Assembly (NCBI GenBank): GCA_038496445.1
Contig: JALMLS010000155.1
Coordinates: forward strand, 124,001-188,000
Reading direction: 5' to 3'
Source of the DNA: Trichosphaerium sp. ATCC 40318
Taxonomy: Eukaryota > Protista > Tubulinea
DNA: 64,000 nt
Part shown: in pieces, positions 48,374-62,360 of the stretch
Position numbering within the stretch: the stretch's first letter is position 1
How the letters are laid out: the number at the start of each line of letters is the position of its first letter
Notes under the pieces: generated by a model
The model's database searches: none
Told to the model about the DNA's origin: nothing
The model's input: the letters and a program-made list of their open reading frames with translations, nothing else
Program-made: the position numbers and the translations under genes

Positions 48374-51300
48374 ATGGGTAACAACGCTTCTCTTTAACGT
48401 GCTTACACTATTGTAGCTGACGAGACGGAACCAAAGTACAAGTTTAAGTATCTGTCGTTCCTTTCAGATGTTAAAGAAGGTATTGACGCCTTCTATTTGC
48501 GCATCTGTCAAACCAGGACCAAAATTAGCTATTAACCGAATCTAGGTGCCTCAACTTTATCACTTTCTCTTAGTGAAATTGAGGGGGATATTCAAAGCTT
48601 AATAAATGATCCCAACAGCCTAAGCGCTGACCAAAAAGAAGCGTTGCTTGAGCAAGTTCTCCCTGACGCAACTAATGCACTGTTGAATAAATGGTTCTCA
48701 AATTTAATAACTGTTTTTGCTAAAACTCACATAGGTACCGCAAAGACAGCAGGAAGCTATACGTGCGTGTTAATACGTTTATTCAAAACGTTTTGCGCCT
48801 CTTGGCAAAGGTTTGCATCCCACCACAAAGTAATGAAGCGCATATAAGCACGTTGGTACGTGTATATTGCTTGTTGTAAATAAATAGCTACACTCAATCA
48901 AAAGGTTAACGCTCCATTTTCAGGTGTCGATTTTACGCCAAGGACGCTTTTACAATACAGACTACATCAAAGAGGATGAGCTTGAAGAAGAGCAGCACGA
49001 CAATTCGCTAAAACACGGAGATTACGCTGAAATGAAGGTGAGCATTTATTAAAACACAACTTGTGTTTTTTGGGAGTTGACACGTTTCCTTAATTATGTT
49101 TTAGGAGGTCAGAGGTAATTACGCTTATACACCGCGAAACACAGTATCTGTGTTTTATGTTTCGAATCTGAATGAGTTTGGGAAAGCTGGAGGCTTCGAC
49201 GCTATTGTGGAGCGCGTCAAGAAAGCCAGCGCTTCGCCAGATTTAGAAATGATAAAGTTATTGTTAAAATTATTTTACGAGGTACTCCACAAAAACATTA
49301 ACGTCTGTTGATCACATTATTTAGCTGCGTGAATGGCTTGTTTATTCGTTTAAGAAAACATTTTTCCCTCGTACGTATTTGTTAATGACTTTCCTAAACA
49401 TTAGCGACGCTCTATATTGTAATATTACCTCAAGTTTGCTCCTGTTGTTTCTTTGAACAGTTTTACTTATTAATTTTCCTAGAGATCACTGAAGCTGTTT
49501 TTTCAGCTCTTAGAGAGCTTAGTGGAGACGCTTTGAAGCAAATTAAAAAAGCTGACATTCAACAAATTGTGTCTTCAGTTGAAGACCTACTAAAGTACGT
49601 GACATTAAAACAAAAATTATATTGACAGTAGCTGAAGGGATGTGTCTAATGAGAAGGCTTTCGAAATGTCTGAGAAGTTTTGTTTGGACTTTGCTTTGAA
49701 ATGTTTCAATTCCTCTCTATTGGAGAAGAGAATGCAGGGATTAGTATATTTTGAAGAAGCCATAACAATGACAAAATCAAAGTAAGTACTTCGTACTGAC
49801 TGGACTTTATTTTTTATTCATATTTTTTTTAGGGAGAGTTTCAAGGATTATAATGGCATATCAATGGGTGAGTTTATTAAGACGTCAAAGTGGATGGATA
49901 TGAAGTAAGGATTTTTTTGTTTGTATGAATTTCTCATCGTGTCAGGTTCTTGTTGAGTTGGTTCAAGGAGCAAAAAATTGTTGCGACTCTATTTGGAGAA
50001 GGAACTCATGAGTCTCTTATCGAGAAGTCAGGCGATTTGCTTGCTTTTCTAGCTTCTAATCATGGTATTTCGGTGGAACACCTTGACATGATTTGGAAAA
50101 TGACCAGTGTAAGATTATTATCACCGACCATTTGGTGTCTAACACCTTTTTGTAGGACCAATACATGGCTAAAGCTGCGTATACCGCCCTTGATAAAATC
50201 AGCGAACTTGGGGATAAGACGATGAGTGGGTTTGTTTATGATAAGATTTTGGAGACAAAAGTGTCTGACTACAAGAAAGAATACCTTGACATTCTTAATT
50301 TTTTGTCAAAAAACCCTGTCACTGATGTTGAGGTGCGTCTCTTGTAATAACAAAAATGCAGTACTTAGTTGTTACTGGTAGGGCCTTTTATCTTACATGT
50401 GGACAATATTAATTGAGCAAGATGACCTTGTATCTCTCCCTTTGAGAAGTTTATGCATAACACATTATGTCAGTATTTTGAAGCAACGTCTACAACCAAA
50501 GGTACAAACCTCACTTTGTTCTTCGTTTAAACAAACGTACTAGGCGGCATTGGACTATGTCTTGCAATGCGTTGACGCACTTGCAAAAGGAATAAAGCCT
50601 CTGGATTGTATTAAACTGATACGCGAGGCAGCAAATATTTTTTATCCTAAGGTCTTAAAGCGTAAATCTGCACCACATGAATCACAAACAGGTACTTCTT
50701 CATTCCATTTTATCAATTGTGTCTGACAACTCGTTAGGCATGTTGACTCATTTACATGATTCAAAGAAATTTTTTGATGTTTTAACTGGCGACTTGTTGT
50801 CATATAAAGCAAAGGCCAAACAAAGGTATGTTGAATGGTTTCTTTTAGGTTGGTTGTTGTAATTTATTTATAGGATTGATGAAGTTGGTGGTGTGAAGGC
50901 CGTTACCTCAGATGATATTTTATTTGGTGCTCATTCGCACAAAGAGAATATTACTCAACGACTTGACTTCATTTCCTACTTGCTAGAGAACTCCGGAGAA
51001 AATTGTGTCCTCACAAAGCCACAAGTGAGTGCCTCTGGATCTAGTATTTTGTAAAAATATGCTTACAGCCTCTTAGATTCGTCTTGTATGGCAGAGTTTA
51101 ACCCAGCAGCCACTTACACCTGACGAAATTGATCTATGTTTCAATTGGTTTAGATCTCTTGCACAACCAGTCATAGATGGCACTGATGGTGCGTTGATTG
51201 CCGAAACATAGTTGTACTCACTCAACGCCTAGAGTTACTTTCGGATGATAATGTGCTGGATATTTATGAGAATTTGTTTCTCACCTTACAACCAACGAAA

Positions 51301-54300
51301 TTTACTAAAAATGGCTTCGCCACCTTTATGTACGCCTCTTGTGATTCAACTCTATTTTAGACTTACTTTGTGGTAGAAACTACTTTACAGTATCCAACAA
51401 ATTCAAGAAGAATATCGAGTTAGGAGGGAAGGGATTTATGGTTGTTCATCTCGAAGAGCTTAAAGGTCTCAGTAATTTGTGGGCAATTACACTTCAAAAC
51501 CCTTCTCCTGATGTGTTTAAAATGGCCGCTGCTTTTCTGATAAAGTTGCATACAAGAGTGCGTAAGAGTTGTGATTTGTATTTCTAATATGTTATGTTAG
51601 TTATCCAGGCGTTTATATTTAAAGCGTGACATATTATTCAAGGGTTTTGTAGATCAGTGCATGGTTCATTTGACCAGTGCTGCGGCTACTATCAACCAAA
51701 ATAGTTCAACTGATAACAAGGTCAATGGTGGCGAAGGAGGTGACTGTAACGACAAGCCAGATACCAACGCAGGTTCTGTTGCTATCGTCAATCAGTCTAT
51801 TATTCTTCTACGCGTGCGTATTTATAGAATCACTTCGTTTTGTTCACATTATTTGCGTTATGATGAAAAACTCGACACTGAGATATTTTTTGTTGTTTAC
51901 AATCAAAGTTATCTAAGACGATAATACTCGTCCTTGTAATGAACAATGTTATTTTTCCTTAATTATTGCTGATATTTAGCACATTCTAACATAAATACTA
52001 GCAATTTTTGGAAGAAGCAAAGCACGTGCCTGATCCAGCAAAGCTCAGTAAGAACGTACGACATATTTATACTATTAGCGTAGCTTACTTTCATTAGTCA
52101 GGCAAACCAGTACCTACAGCTAAAGATAAAGAATCCATTGAACTCTTGAAGGGTTTTGTACCAGATACTTCACCTCTTGTATTACTATTAGCACTCAGAA
52201 AGGCGAAAGGCGTTGTTGTACGTTTAGTTGCTTGCTTGCTATTATTGTTTACTAATTATTGCTGTAGCCAAGAGCAGCTGGGTACTTGTTTGACGAAACA
52301 CAACGACCGAAGATAGACAAAGAAGCAGCCAAGTTTGAAGATATTAACAAGCCTGTCAAAGTGGCCAACACAGATATTGTGAGTATATTAAGTGCTGGTG
52401 ATTACTTCAACAGCTTGTTTGGTCTACTATCTATAGATAATGTCAACAAGAAAGTTGTGTGGGATGTTGTTAACAAACTTCCACGTGATCCGAAATTGTT
52501 ATCAATAATTGAGAACATGGAATCTCCTACTTGGTCTGAAATTCTTAAGACGTCAAGTGTTTACAGGCTTCTGTATTCCCTACAAATTCTGGAGTCATGC
52601 TTGCTTCAAAACGAGGGTGATACCGAGGTATTTCGTTTCAAATTCTGTGAATGTTAACACGTGTTTTAGGAAGTTCAGATACGGAAAAAAGAACTATGTG
52701 TACAGTTCGTAAAAACTCATGGCTTTGGATATATGCTAAAGGCGTTCACACGTACGTTTTGTAACTTGTTTGTTGACTGTTCTATTTTTTTCAAGTTGAT
52801 GGTTTGAATTTAGATGATGAGTTTATTAAAATGTATCTATCTGGTGGCGATGGTAACACTAAGGGCGCTGTTCCAAAAAAACGTGTTGTTGGTACCATGT
52901 TGCGCATACTACACTACTTTATGGAAGGTAACTAATTATACACCTAAACAGTTTTATTCTTACTTTTTTACCTTATTAGATAAGTTGGTGTCTTTATCTT
53001 CACTGGCAACGCCTACAGCTAGCAAGGCGCAGCCTAAATTGAAGCTAAGCTCGAGCTCTGGGAATATACTATGGTCATCCATAGACTTTGTTCTTCTTTT
53101 GAAGATTTTACTTAATTTAATTTGGACTACAGTTGAGAGCGCGTAAGACCTTGCCATTTTGGCTGATTTATTTTTTTGACTTTTATGTTAGCAAACATAT
53201 TAAGGACAACATCATAATTGTGGAGTATGCAATGTATTTGGTTGTATCTTCTATTGTGTCTCAACCAGAATCACTCTTGATAGAGTTTTATTCTTTAGCT
53301 ATTAAAACGGTATGTTCGTGAACTTCGGCACTTTTTGACTAAGGGTTTTTTACAGGCTGATAAAACAATAAATTTGAAGGAATTTATGCTTTTATTGTTG
53401 ACTGGGTGCAAAGATCGTAAAATATCTTATGTTGCTAATAATGGGTTGTATGAGATGTGCAAGAGTCTTAATCCTAAGTTTAACCAACTAGGTAGTCATA
53501 CCTTCTATTCCCTGACACCCATACACTAATATTTCCCTTAGAGCCACCTCGAATCCATTTTTTGAAAATCATGATCGATAACTTCCCATTCAGTACTAAA
53601 GGCGACGAGGATTTGGAACACTACCTTGAGTTACTGTGTAAACTACTATCAGTAAGGGCCTTTATTGAGTACTTTGATCTAACTCGTATTGTAGGACGTA
53701 CTGGGAGACATAGCTATTTCAAAGGAAGACAAAGCAAAACTTGTAACAAATGAGTTTGTTACAAAGTTGGTAGAAAAAATCATAAGATGTGAAGGTGATG
53801 TCTCTGCTTGCCAAGGGCAAAACGTATTTATTGGTGCAATGTCTGTTTTGACTATAATCATAAAACATCAGAAGGAGCGTAAAGATCACTTGGGTAACAG
53901 TGGGTATGTTATTGTTTGCAGCTATTTTTGTTGATTTTGCTTTAGAGATTGCAAGTATGATTTGGTTGATGAGCTGTTATACGAGTGCCTGTTTTTTAGA
54001 GAGAAGACTAGGTTCGGTATGAAAGGCACTGGAACCAAGTGCAAGACACATCGCGCAAGATGGACGGCGTTTAATCTTTTGGCTGAATTAGCAAGAGATT
54101 CTAAAGAAAATTACTTTAGAGTAATAAAAGCTATGGAAGGATTTGTTATGTCTGGTATGTAATTAAACAAATGTCACTAGCCTTGTCATTATATTAATTG
54201 AACTCACAATTATTTTCTAGTTAAAAAGCCAATGGGTAAAGAATGGGAGTTGCTAAAGGTAGATTTTGATAAGAGTGTAACCGGATACGTTGGTATGTTT

Positions 54301-57300
54301 TTTTTCAATTATTTTTAATTATGTTGAAGTCTTTTGCTGACATTTGCTGCTTGTAGGTATCCAAAACCTTGGCTGCATTTGCTATATGAATTCGCTATTA
54401 CAACAGTTCTATATGATACCCGAACTAAGGCTAGGAATAATGAATGCTCCAAAGAATGAGAACGTCGACAAACAGTACGGATTTATTTTTCAGTATTTTT
54501 TTGATGTTTGTCTTCACTTCTGATGTAATGTTAAAGTGACAATACGCTGTTGTTCGAATTGCAGGAAATGTTTAGCTTCTTACAAGAGAGTACAAGAATG
54601 TTCTATGATCCAACAAAAGTGTGTTCCAATTATATAGTCGATGTGCGTTTGTCTTACTAGCTTCGTCTTATTAATGGCATTTTTAGGGTCGTGCTGTTGA
54701 AGTTGGACGACAACACGATGCTGACGAGTTCTTCAACTTATTCACCGATAGGTTGGAAAGGATATTTAAGGGCTCTGAGCAGGTACATTATACTCGCTCG
54801 TAAGTATTTCTAAGCTCTTTTTCAGGAGCATTTATTGAATAAAATGTTCGGCGGTACACAACTACAAGAATTGATATACACAGTTGGAGGGCAAGAACGT
54901 CGGTCTACTCAAGTGTCTCCTTTCATGACACTTTCTTTGGATATACAAAAAAATGATACAACGCTTCACCAAGCAATGCAAAACTATTTTGCAGGCGAGA
55001 CTGTAAGTGTTTTGTTAACTTGGCTTACAGCCTAACTAACTTGGCTTTTACCTAGATCAAAGATTATAAAACTGATGAAGGTTTGCTTACAGAGGTGTTG
55101 AGAAGACCTTCTATTAAGAACCTACCTAATACTCTCATTATTCACTTGAAACGGTTTAAATGGGAATGGCACAGTACGTTATTGTTACAATCTAGAAAAT
55201 GTATACGCGACTTATTTCTTTTTCAAAAAGGTGGAGCTGGGAAGAAAGAGAAAATATACGATTATCTTTCATTTCCTTTTGAACTGAATGTACACTCATA
55301 TACTGTGGATGCTGTTCATACAAAGGAGGTAATCTATGCGGACTCTCATCATATTTTGTGCGTTGCTGTTATTTACTGGATTTTTTACAGGGTTCATCAT
55401 TGATCAATACTGTTGATCCTTCTCAATGTCAATATGATCTCACTGGCGTTGTTGTTCATTCAGGAACAGCTGAAGGAGGTCACTACTACTCATTCATCAA
55501 AGAACGTACTGAAGTTGCCGAAAAAGCCAAGTGGTTTAAATTTGATGATTCTCGAGTAACTCCTTTCGACATAACTGTATGGAATATGTGTTCGTCGTTT
55601 TTTGCTAAATATACTGTCCTAGAACCTTGGAGATGAGTGTTTTGGTGGCGAAGAGGCCCTGGTCAGAGGAGTAACTTCTCATAAGAAGAAAAACGTGTAC
55701 ATGTTATTCTATGAGCGTAGAGACACAAACAAGCGATCCATCAAACCTCTCTTGGACCAATTACACGCCTCTGTACCTGCGTAAGAATCACGATATGTTC
55801 TTTTTTTTTAATGGTGTTAACTCTCGTTCATAGTGATTTACTTGAGCGCATTCGTAAGAGTAATGCAGATTTACTCCAAGGGCAACTGCTTAATGAACCA
55901 ATTTACTTTGATTTCTTGGTTGACTTGTTTGCTGGCTCTATGCAGCACGAACCTTTACTCTCAATGTGTAAAGTGCTTGTCAAGAGTAAGTAATATATTA
56001 TTTAACGTAAGATAATATGAGGTTGTTAACAGAGAACTAGAATGTTCAGAAGATGATGAACGCTTCACAATGATTAAGATGGCAACAAAATTCTTCAGTG
56101 ATGTTGGTATGGTGTTTTTTTGTAGTTCCTGTTGCTGTTGTCCTTATTAATAATCTTTTCAGTTATATGTGGTAAAAATGATATTTCTATATTACAATAC
56201 ATTGAGTTCCTGCATGGTCTATACGCACAACACGTTCCAGTAAGTTATTTCATTGTAATTTTTTTTTGGTTCTTTTCTGAAAAATATTTTAGGCTTGTAA
56301 ATGGTTTCTGTACAAGATTAGTACAACACATGACCACTGGTACATCCCACTCATTTATTCTATGCGCTCAGTATTGTATTTACTAACGAGACTGTCTCAG
56401 GGTTAAATATCTCCTAGTGGAGTGTCCAAAAACTGCTATAAGAGATCATTTTGCATCTTTGTTGATTCAAATGTTGACAACACTGTCACCTGAAGAAGCA
56501 AATATTTTCCCACCTCCTGCTGACGAATGTGTATTTTTGGCTAAAATGGCGGACAGGAAAAACCTCCTGAATGGTACACACGACGGCTAGCCAGTGTATT
56601 ATACCCTTATATTGTTTTAGGCGAATCACCATTTTATTTCAGTGAGGTTGAAATGGAAGAGATGAAAGCGAAAGGACCAGAGCTTTTACAAGCTATAGAA
56701 AAAGAAAGGCATAAAAAGATGGCTCAACGTATAACCCAACAGGCTCTTAACTTTGATGAGCTTCAGCATCAATGTGTTTCGGTTATTTTTATGCGTTATA
56801 TGCTTGATATTGTACGGTCTCTTGTGTTCATGCTGTTGAAGCGTACTCACTTTTTTTGTTTTTTTTTATAGATGGAGTACACAAGGAAACATTGGAAGCA
56901 GTTCCATTCTTACTTCAGAGTTATTAAGGAATTTTCATCAATTGGACATGTTCAGGTTTGTTTAAATGTTTTGGCCTATCACAACTCATAATTTGGATGT
57001 AGCGTGCATATATGCTTTCTCAGAGGATTATAGAACTTCTTATCGACTACTATATGGGTCGATACTCTCCATACCATGAGGTAAAGAACCACAAAACACT
57101 TATGTTTATACTTATTCTGTTAAGAACAATAAGTTGTCTACACGTTGTGGCATTCGCGACGAAAATACACAACCAGACCTTACATATTTGTTTGATACAA
57201 TAGGCATTGTGATACGTGGTTGTCATACTGGGTATGTTTTGTATAACTTCAATAGTGGATATCTCATTCTGTTCACTTAGTGCTACCGTGGATATGTTAC

Positions 57301-58366
57301 TTCAAGGTGGTAAGATTCAGCGTGGTTCTATGATGCTTGAATCAAAACCAAACGATGCATATGAAGAGGTATTGGCGCCTTTGGAACCAATGGAACGTTA
57401 CTTGCTAAAAGAGAAGGTGAGATGCAGAGATCAACAACAAAATTATTTCTATATGTTTGTGCCGTGTTACTTACTCCTTTGATAGCATATGTTCACCTCA
57501 CTTACAAAGCAAGGGTTTAATGTGAATGTTAACATAAGAATCATTACACATTTGAGTTGGGAAGACCAAGACTAGTAAGTGTTTGTTAATAATTATAAAT
57601 CATTGATCAGTTTTCTTACTTGATTCTTCAGCACATACTGGATTTTAGGAATTCTCATGACCAATTTTTATAAGTACAGAGATAAAGCTATTATGCAAAA
57701 TCAGTTTCATTGCATTAGTGGATTATTGAAGGTAACAAGAAAAGGCATCTTCAAAACAGTTAAAATTCTAACTTTTTTTGTTTGTTGTAGATTGATGACT
57801 CACTTTCTTGTTGGCGAACATACTTGGTTCTTAATTGGACTGATGGAATGTTAGCTTTTGTATCTAAGGATTACTCAAATTCCGTACGTTAGCTTCAAAC
57901 TTACTTGGCTTTTACAATTTTTCAAGAAATTCTTTCAAAAAAGTACTAACTTTCTTTTTTCTAGTATCGAGCTAGTGCTCTTGAAGTGCCTGAACTTGTC
58001 CTCACAGTCCTATTCTCTGAGATCTCTAAAAATCCGCGTGTTGCTGCTTATTTATACGACGAGAAGTCACACTACAGGGACAACTTTATGTCTATTTTAA
58101 GGGTACGATAACTTTGCAGGAATCTTATGTCTTTTTTCTTGTCCGATTGTTTATTAACAATGTTGTCTTAGTTACTTGTTAAGACAGCCGTTCGAGTTGC
58201 TAGTGGTACCACAGATAGTGAGTTTGTTGTAAGATCTACAGCATTGTTATCTGGCTGGGAAAGCTTCTGGAAAGGTGACATGGTTGTTGAGAAAAAATGG
58301 GATGGTCATTTCGATTTGAATGCTTTTAAATATAAAGAAGGTATCACGTTGGGGAACAAGAGATGA
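48374..58366 (+). CDS. Giant ubiquitin-specific protease, USP9X/USP24/USP34-like, dozens of short introns
   Basis: N-terminal armadillo-like region (LEKRMQGL). Cys box GYVGIQNLGCICYMNSLLQQFYMIP, QHDADEFF, IIHLKRF, His box GVVVHSGTAEGGHYYSFIKER, WFKFDDSRV and VYMLFYER. The first coding exon is only ATGG. Confidence 0.94.
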
Positions 58367-58622
58367 TAAAGAGACGAAAACGAAAGACCAAAAATTAGTC
58401 GCTGAAACGCTTGACACTTTTTTTTTACACTATTTTTGGCCTTAACGTTGCACACGGCTCGTTGTACCTCAATAAAAACTTGTTACACTACTCGATCGTG
58501 TTAAGTCACCTAAATAATGACGTTGCTTGGCTAAGCCGCGGATAACCACTTACTTTGAACCTGTTGACCCTGGTGTTCCTGCTAAAACTGTTTTTGTAGC
58601 AACAAGTTTGCAAGCGGTTAAA

Positions 58623-59989
58623 ATGGAGCAGAGTCTTATAAATCTACCAGCAGAACTACTCTATATTATCTTAAAGGACATAGCAAGGCTCCACATACAA
58701 TCCTTGATAAATGTAGCTCTAACATGCTCAACGTGCGTAAAATATCGTTCTCGCTAGAACCACAAGCTAGAAACGAACAGTAGAAATATTTATACAGTGT
58801 TTGTAGGACGTGTAATATTGTATTCCCAAAATCAGTGAACGATGCAAATTCATCCATTGACCAAACTTTTTATCGATCTATTGCACTTCACCTCGCTTTG
58901 TGGAGAAAAAGTGGCGTTGATAGATTCGACGATATACCAAATGTTACAGATTGGCATAGGTTTCTAATAAATCACGTGAGCTTTATAGCAGTACCGAGTA
59001 AATGGAAGACAATGCATTCACGTTTTTTATCAATGTCGATAGATAAAATGATACAACAATCAAGGCCCAAGGAAGATCAATACGTCGCTTTCTTAGGAGT
59101 GAAAACTGAAAACCTCGCTGAAGTTGTGGAATGGTTAAAGATTGGAGAGGTAATCTAGACATTAAGCTTCAAACAAAAAGTTGTTCATTTTTTTTTACTA
59201 AATCTTTAAAGGTGGACAAGGATAAAACAACACCATGGTATGCCACCTTTGGTACGTCAACAAAATGTATATATTGTTGTGGCTCATATGTTCCCTATGA
59301 CAGGTTTCCTCCCACCGAATAAATCTCATTTTGGTGAAACACGTGTTACTCCTGCAGCGAGTTGGGACTGGTCACTAAACGTGAGTATTTGGGTTTTATG
59401 TAATTTTATTTTAACTCCCTTTTAAAGATGCCTAAGCCTCTTGCTGTCTATTCCACATACGGTGGATCTGAGAGGCACTTTTATATGATTTATGAAGATG
59501 CTATCAAGTGTAGTTGTGCAGTTGTTATAGTTGTTGATGACCATGCTATACGGTACACTGATTGTTGGTGCTCAGGTAGTTTTGATACAAAATTATGGCT
59601 TTTCTAAGTATTGAAATTAGATAACAAACCAGAGACTCAGGACCTGATTGAAGGAGTATTGAGGCGTACTGGGCCAGATAAGCCAGTGTTATTGATGGCC
59701 TGCAAATCTAAATACATGGCTAAAGAAGAACACTTCACGGCTTCAGAGTGTATACAAAAACTAAGGCTTACAGACAACAATGTACAAGGCGATACCCTTG
59801 ATAATTTAATACATGTGACAACAGTAAGTGAAACCTTAAATGAGCAACGTGATAAAGCGATTTTGTTAACACTTGTAGGTTGATCCGAAAAACGGAAATG
59901 GTGTCCGCGAAGGCATGGCTTGGCTATGTTCTGCACTTATGAACATGCCAGGGAGGACATTGAATCAGCGGCAATGCGCCATTCAATAG
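58623..59989 (+). CDS. F-box protein fused to a degenerate Arf/Arl-like GTPase domain
   Basis: F-box LINLPAELLYIILKDI...LINVALTCS. The C-terminus has AVVIVVDD, PDKPVLLMACKS and KNGNGVREGMAWL (Arf/Arl C-terminal pattern). Confidence 0.7.
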
Positions 59990-60424
59990 AAAACACAATC
60001 CAAAATAGTTTATTGTTGTACACTAAACAACACCATGTTACAATAAAGTAGCTACAAAGAAATGTATAGTTGACTTGAACATGTGATGTACTGACTTGCA
60101 CCAATAATGTAACTCAGTATTGTTCTTCCCTACGTTGTCAATGATATACGTTGCGCTTGTAGCAGCTTAAGTACAATACTGTAAATCTCTCACAGATGCG
60201 CTTTTCAATTTATAATTAATAACTTAGCATGTTGTCACAGCACGATCTAATCTGATAAATGATTGATAAAGAACACTCGCAACTGTAAGTGTCTCTTCAA
60301 GGTTCTTACTGTTATTCATCAAAATACGTATTGGTGCGGCCACATGGATTCAACAAACTCAGAGCAGCTAAACTTAACACAAGTGATTCTTTATTTGCTA
60401 CGTATACACCAGTAGCACTCTAAT

Positions 60425-61899
60425 ATGCTATCAAGGGTTCAACGGTACATTTTTGTAGGCAATAGAATAAAATAGCCTTAAAAATAACATTAGGTTTACT
60501 CAACAGTCGCACACACGCGGAAGAGTGCTATCACAGAGGCGACAGCAACATAAAGTTAAAGCAGTTAAAAACTATTCAACTTCGCCAATACCACCCTTTG
60601 GAGATCCAAAGAGCCCTGTAGTAATCACTTGCGCTATTACAGGAGATGTGCCTTCAACAGACCGTATACCAGTCCCAGTAACTCCAGAACAGCAGGTATG
60701 CGCTACATACGACACTATTCGTTATTGTGTTTCGTTCACGAACGGAAATTAACTTTAGTGTAGGTAGCCTCTATTCTTGAAGCACATGAGGCTGGCGCCT
60801 CTGTTGTGCACTTGCACGTACGCGATGAGGTACGTGGTCCTTTTTGACACTTTCTTTGGTCAAAAATAAAACCGAACAGGGCGATTATTGACACTCTGTT
60901 TTTAGAATGCCAAATGCACGTTCAATCCAGATTTATATAAAAAAGTAATGGATGGTGTCAGAGAAAAAGCTCCAGAAATGATTCTAGAGTTCTCAACAGG
61001 TCAGACTTGTTTTTTTTATGTTGCAACAAAACATAAATTTTCAAGATAGGTAACTATGCTCCAACCGTTCAAGATCGCGCTTTGTGTCTACAACACAAAC
61101 CTGATATGGCATCGTTATGCCCCGGCTCAGTGAACTTCAAGGCAACGAGACCAGGTAAAGATATCTTCAAGTACGACATACAACATAAGATTTATGAAAT
61201 TGCTAAAGAGTATAATGTACAGACAGTTCCTAAACACCCACGAAGAGATTGATTATCTAGCAAAGACAATGATGGATAATAATATTAAACCAGATGTTGC
61301 AATATTCGATGTCAGGTTCGAGTTTTCTTTTGAGGCAGCTTGACGTGTCAACATTTGTCATTTTATAAGTTCAGTGAATCTCAAACGTCACAATTAATAC
61401 TTTGACACCGCTGACCTCCTACTAGTATGTTGTATCATACCAATGACCTCATACGACAGGGTAAACTTAAAACGCCTGTAAGACTTATGTTCGTTATGGG
61501 AGGACATATGGGACTCGAAGCAAGGAGACCATTATTAGATTTTCTTGTTAAGGAAAGTACTGATTTATTGGGTAAAGAAAACTTTACATGGCAAACAGTG
61601 GGAGTCGGTTGGAATCATGATTCTATTGCTAAATGGACTCTTGATCTAGGAGGTATGTGTATACAACTGTATCACTGGATTAAAGCACAACCTTGCATTG
61701 TTTCTGCAATATTGTAGTCATGCCTTTTTTTTTTTTAGGTCATTTACGCACAGGGTTTGAAGATTCCCTCATGATTCGTAGAGGTGTATTTGCAAAATCA
61801 AACGCGGATTTGGTTAGGCATATGGCTAGCCTATGCAAAGCTATTGATAGACCAGTTGCAACTCCACAACAAGCGCGTGAAATTATTGGTCTAAACTAG
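60425..61899 (+). CDS. kce: Beta-keto acid cleavage enzyme (BKACE/DUF849, Kce family) with mitochondrial-type presequence
   Basis: PVVITCAITG, EAHEAGASVVHLHVRDE, FSTG, PDMASLCPGSVNF, GGHLRTGFEDS and RPVATPQQAREIIGL. Arg-rich, acid-free N-terminus MLSRVQRFTQQSHTRGRVLSQRR. Confidence 0.92.
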
Positions 61900-62360
61900 T
61901 TCAGATGAAAACTATAAATGTAAAACTAGTTAAAGAACAAATTAGGAATATTTGGCATTTTTCTTGAGAAACCGCCACAAATTGCACCTTTGTTAGCCGC
62001 TACCTGAGGCAGTTTGACTAAAGTAGTCTTGGTCCTTTTTTGAAACGAGTACCTTGTTTGCCTTTTAGTTTTTGTTGCATATTAGGTGGTAAACAATGGA
62101 AACTCCATCAATGAAAGCTCAAAATAAGTTTGTGGGAAATTTGTTTAGGGATTGATTTGTGTTATTCTTTAAAAAAGGCGAGATGTTCACTTATTTTCCA
62201 ACAAAACAAATCACAGAAAACACTTTGAGCATTACAACGCTTGCTCAGTACACATAATCACGCCAATATTATCCACATATTTATACAATAAACACGAAAC
62301 TTACAATTGGAATTTGCCAAACCCTTTACACCTTTTCCACCAACTTGTCAGGCTATTCAA

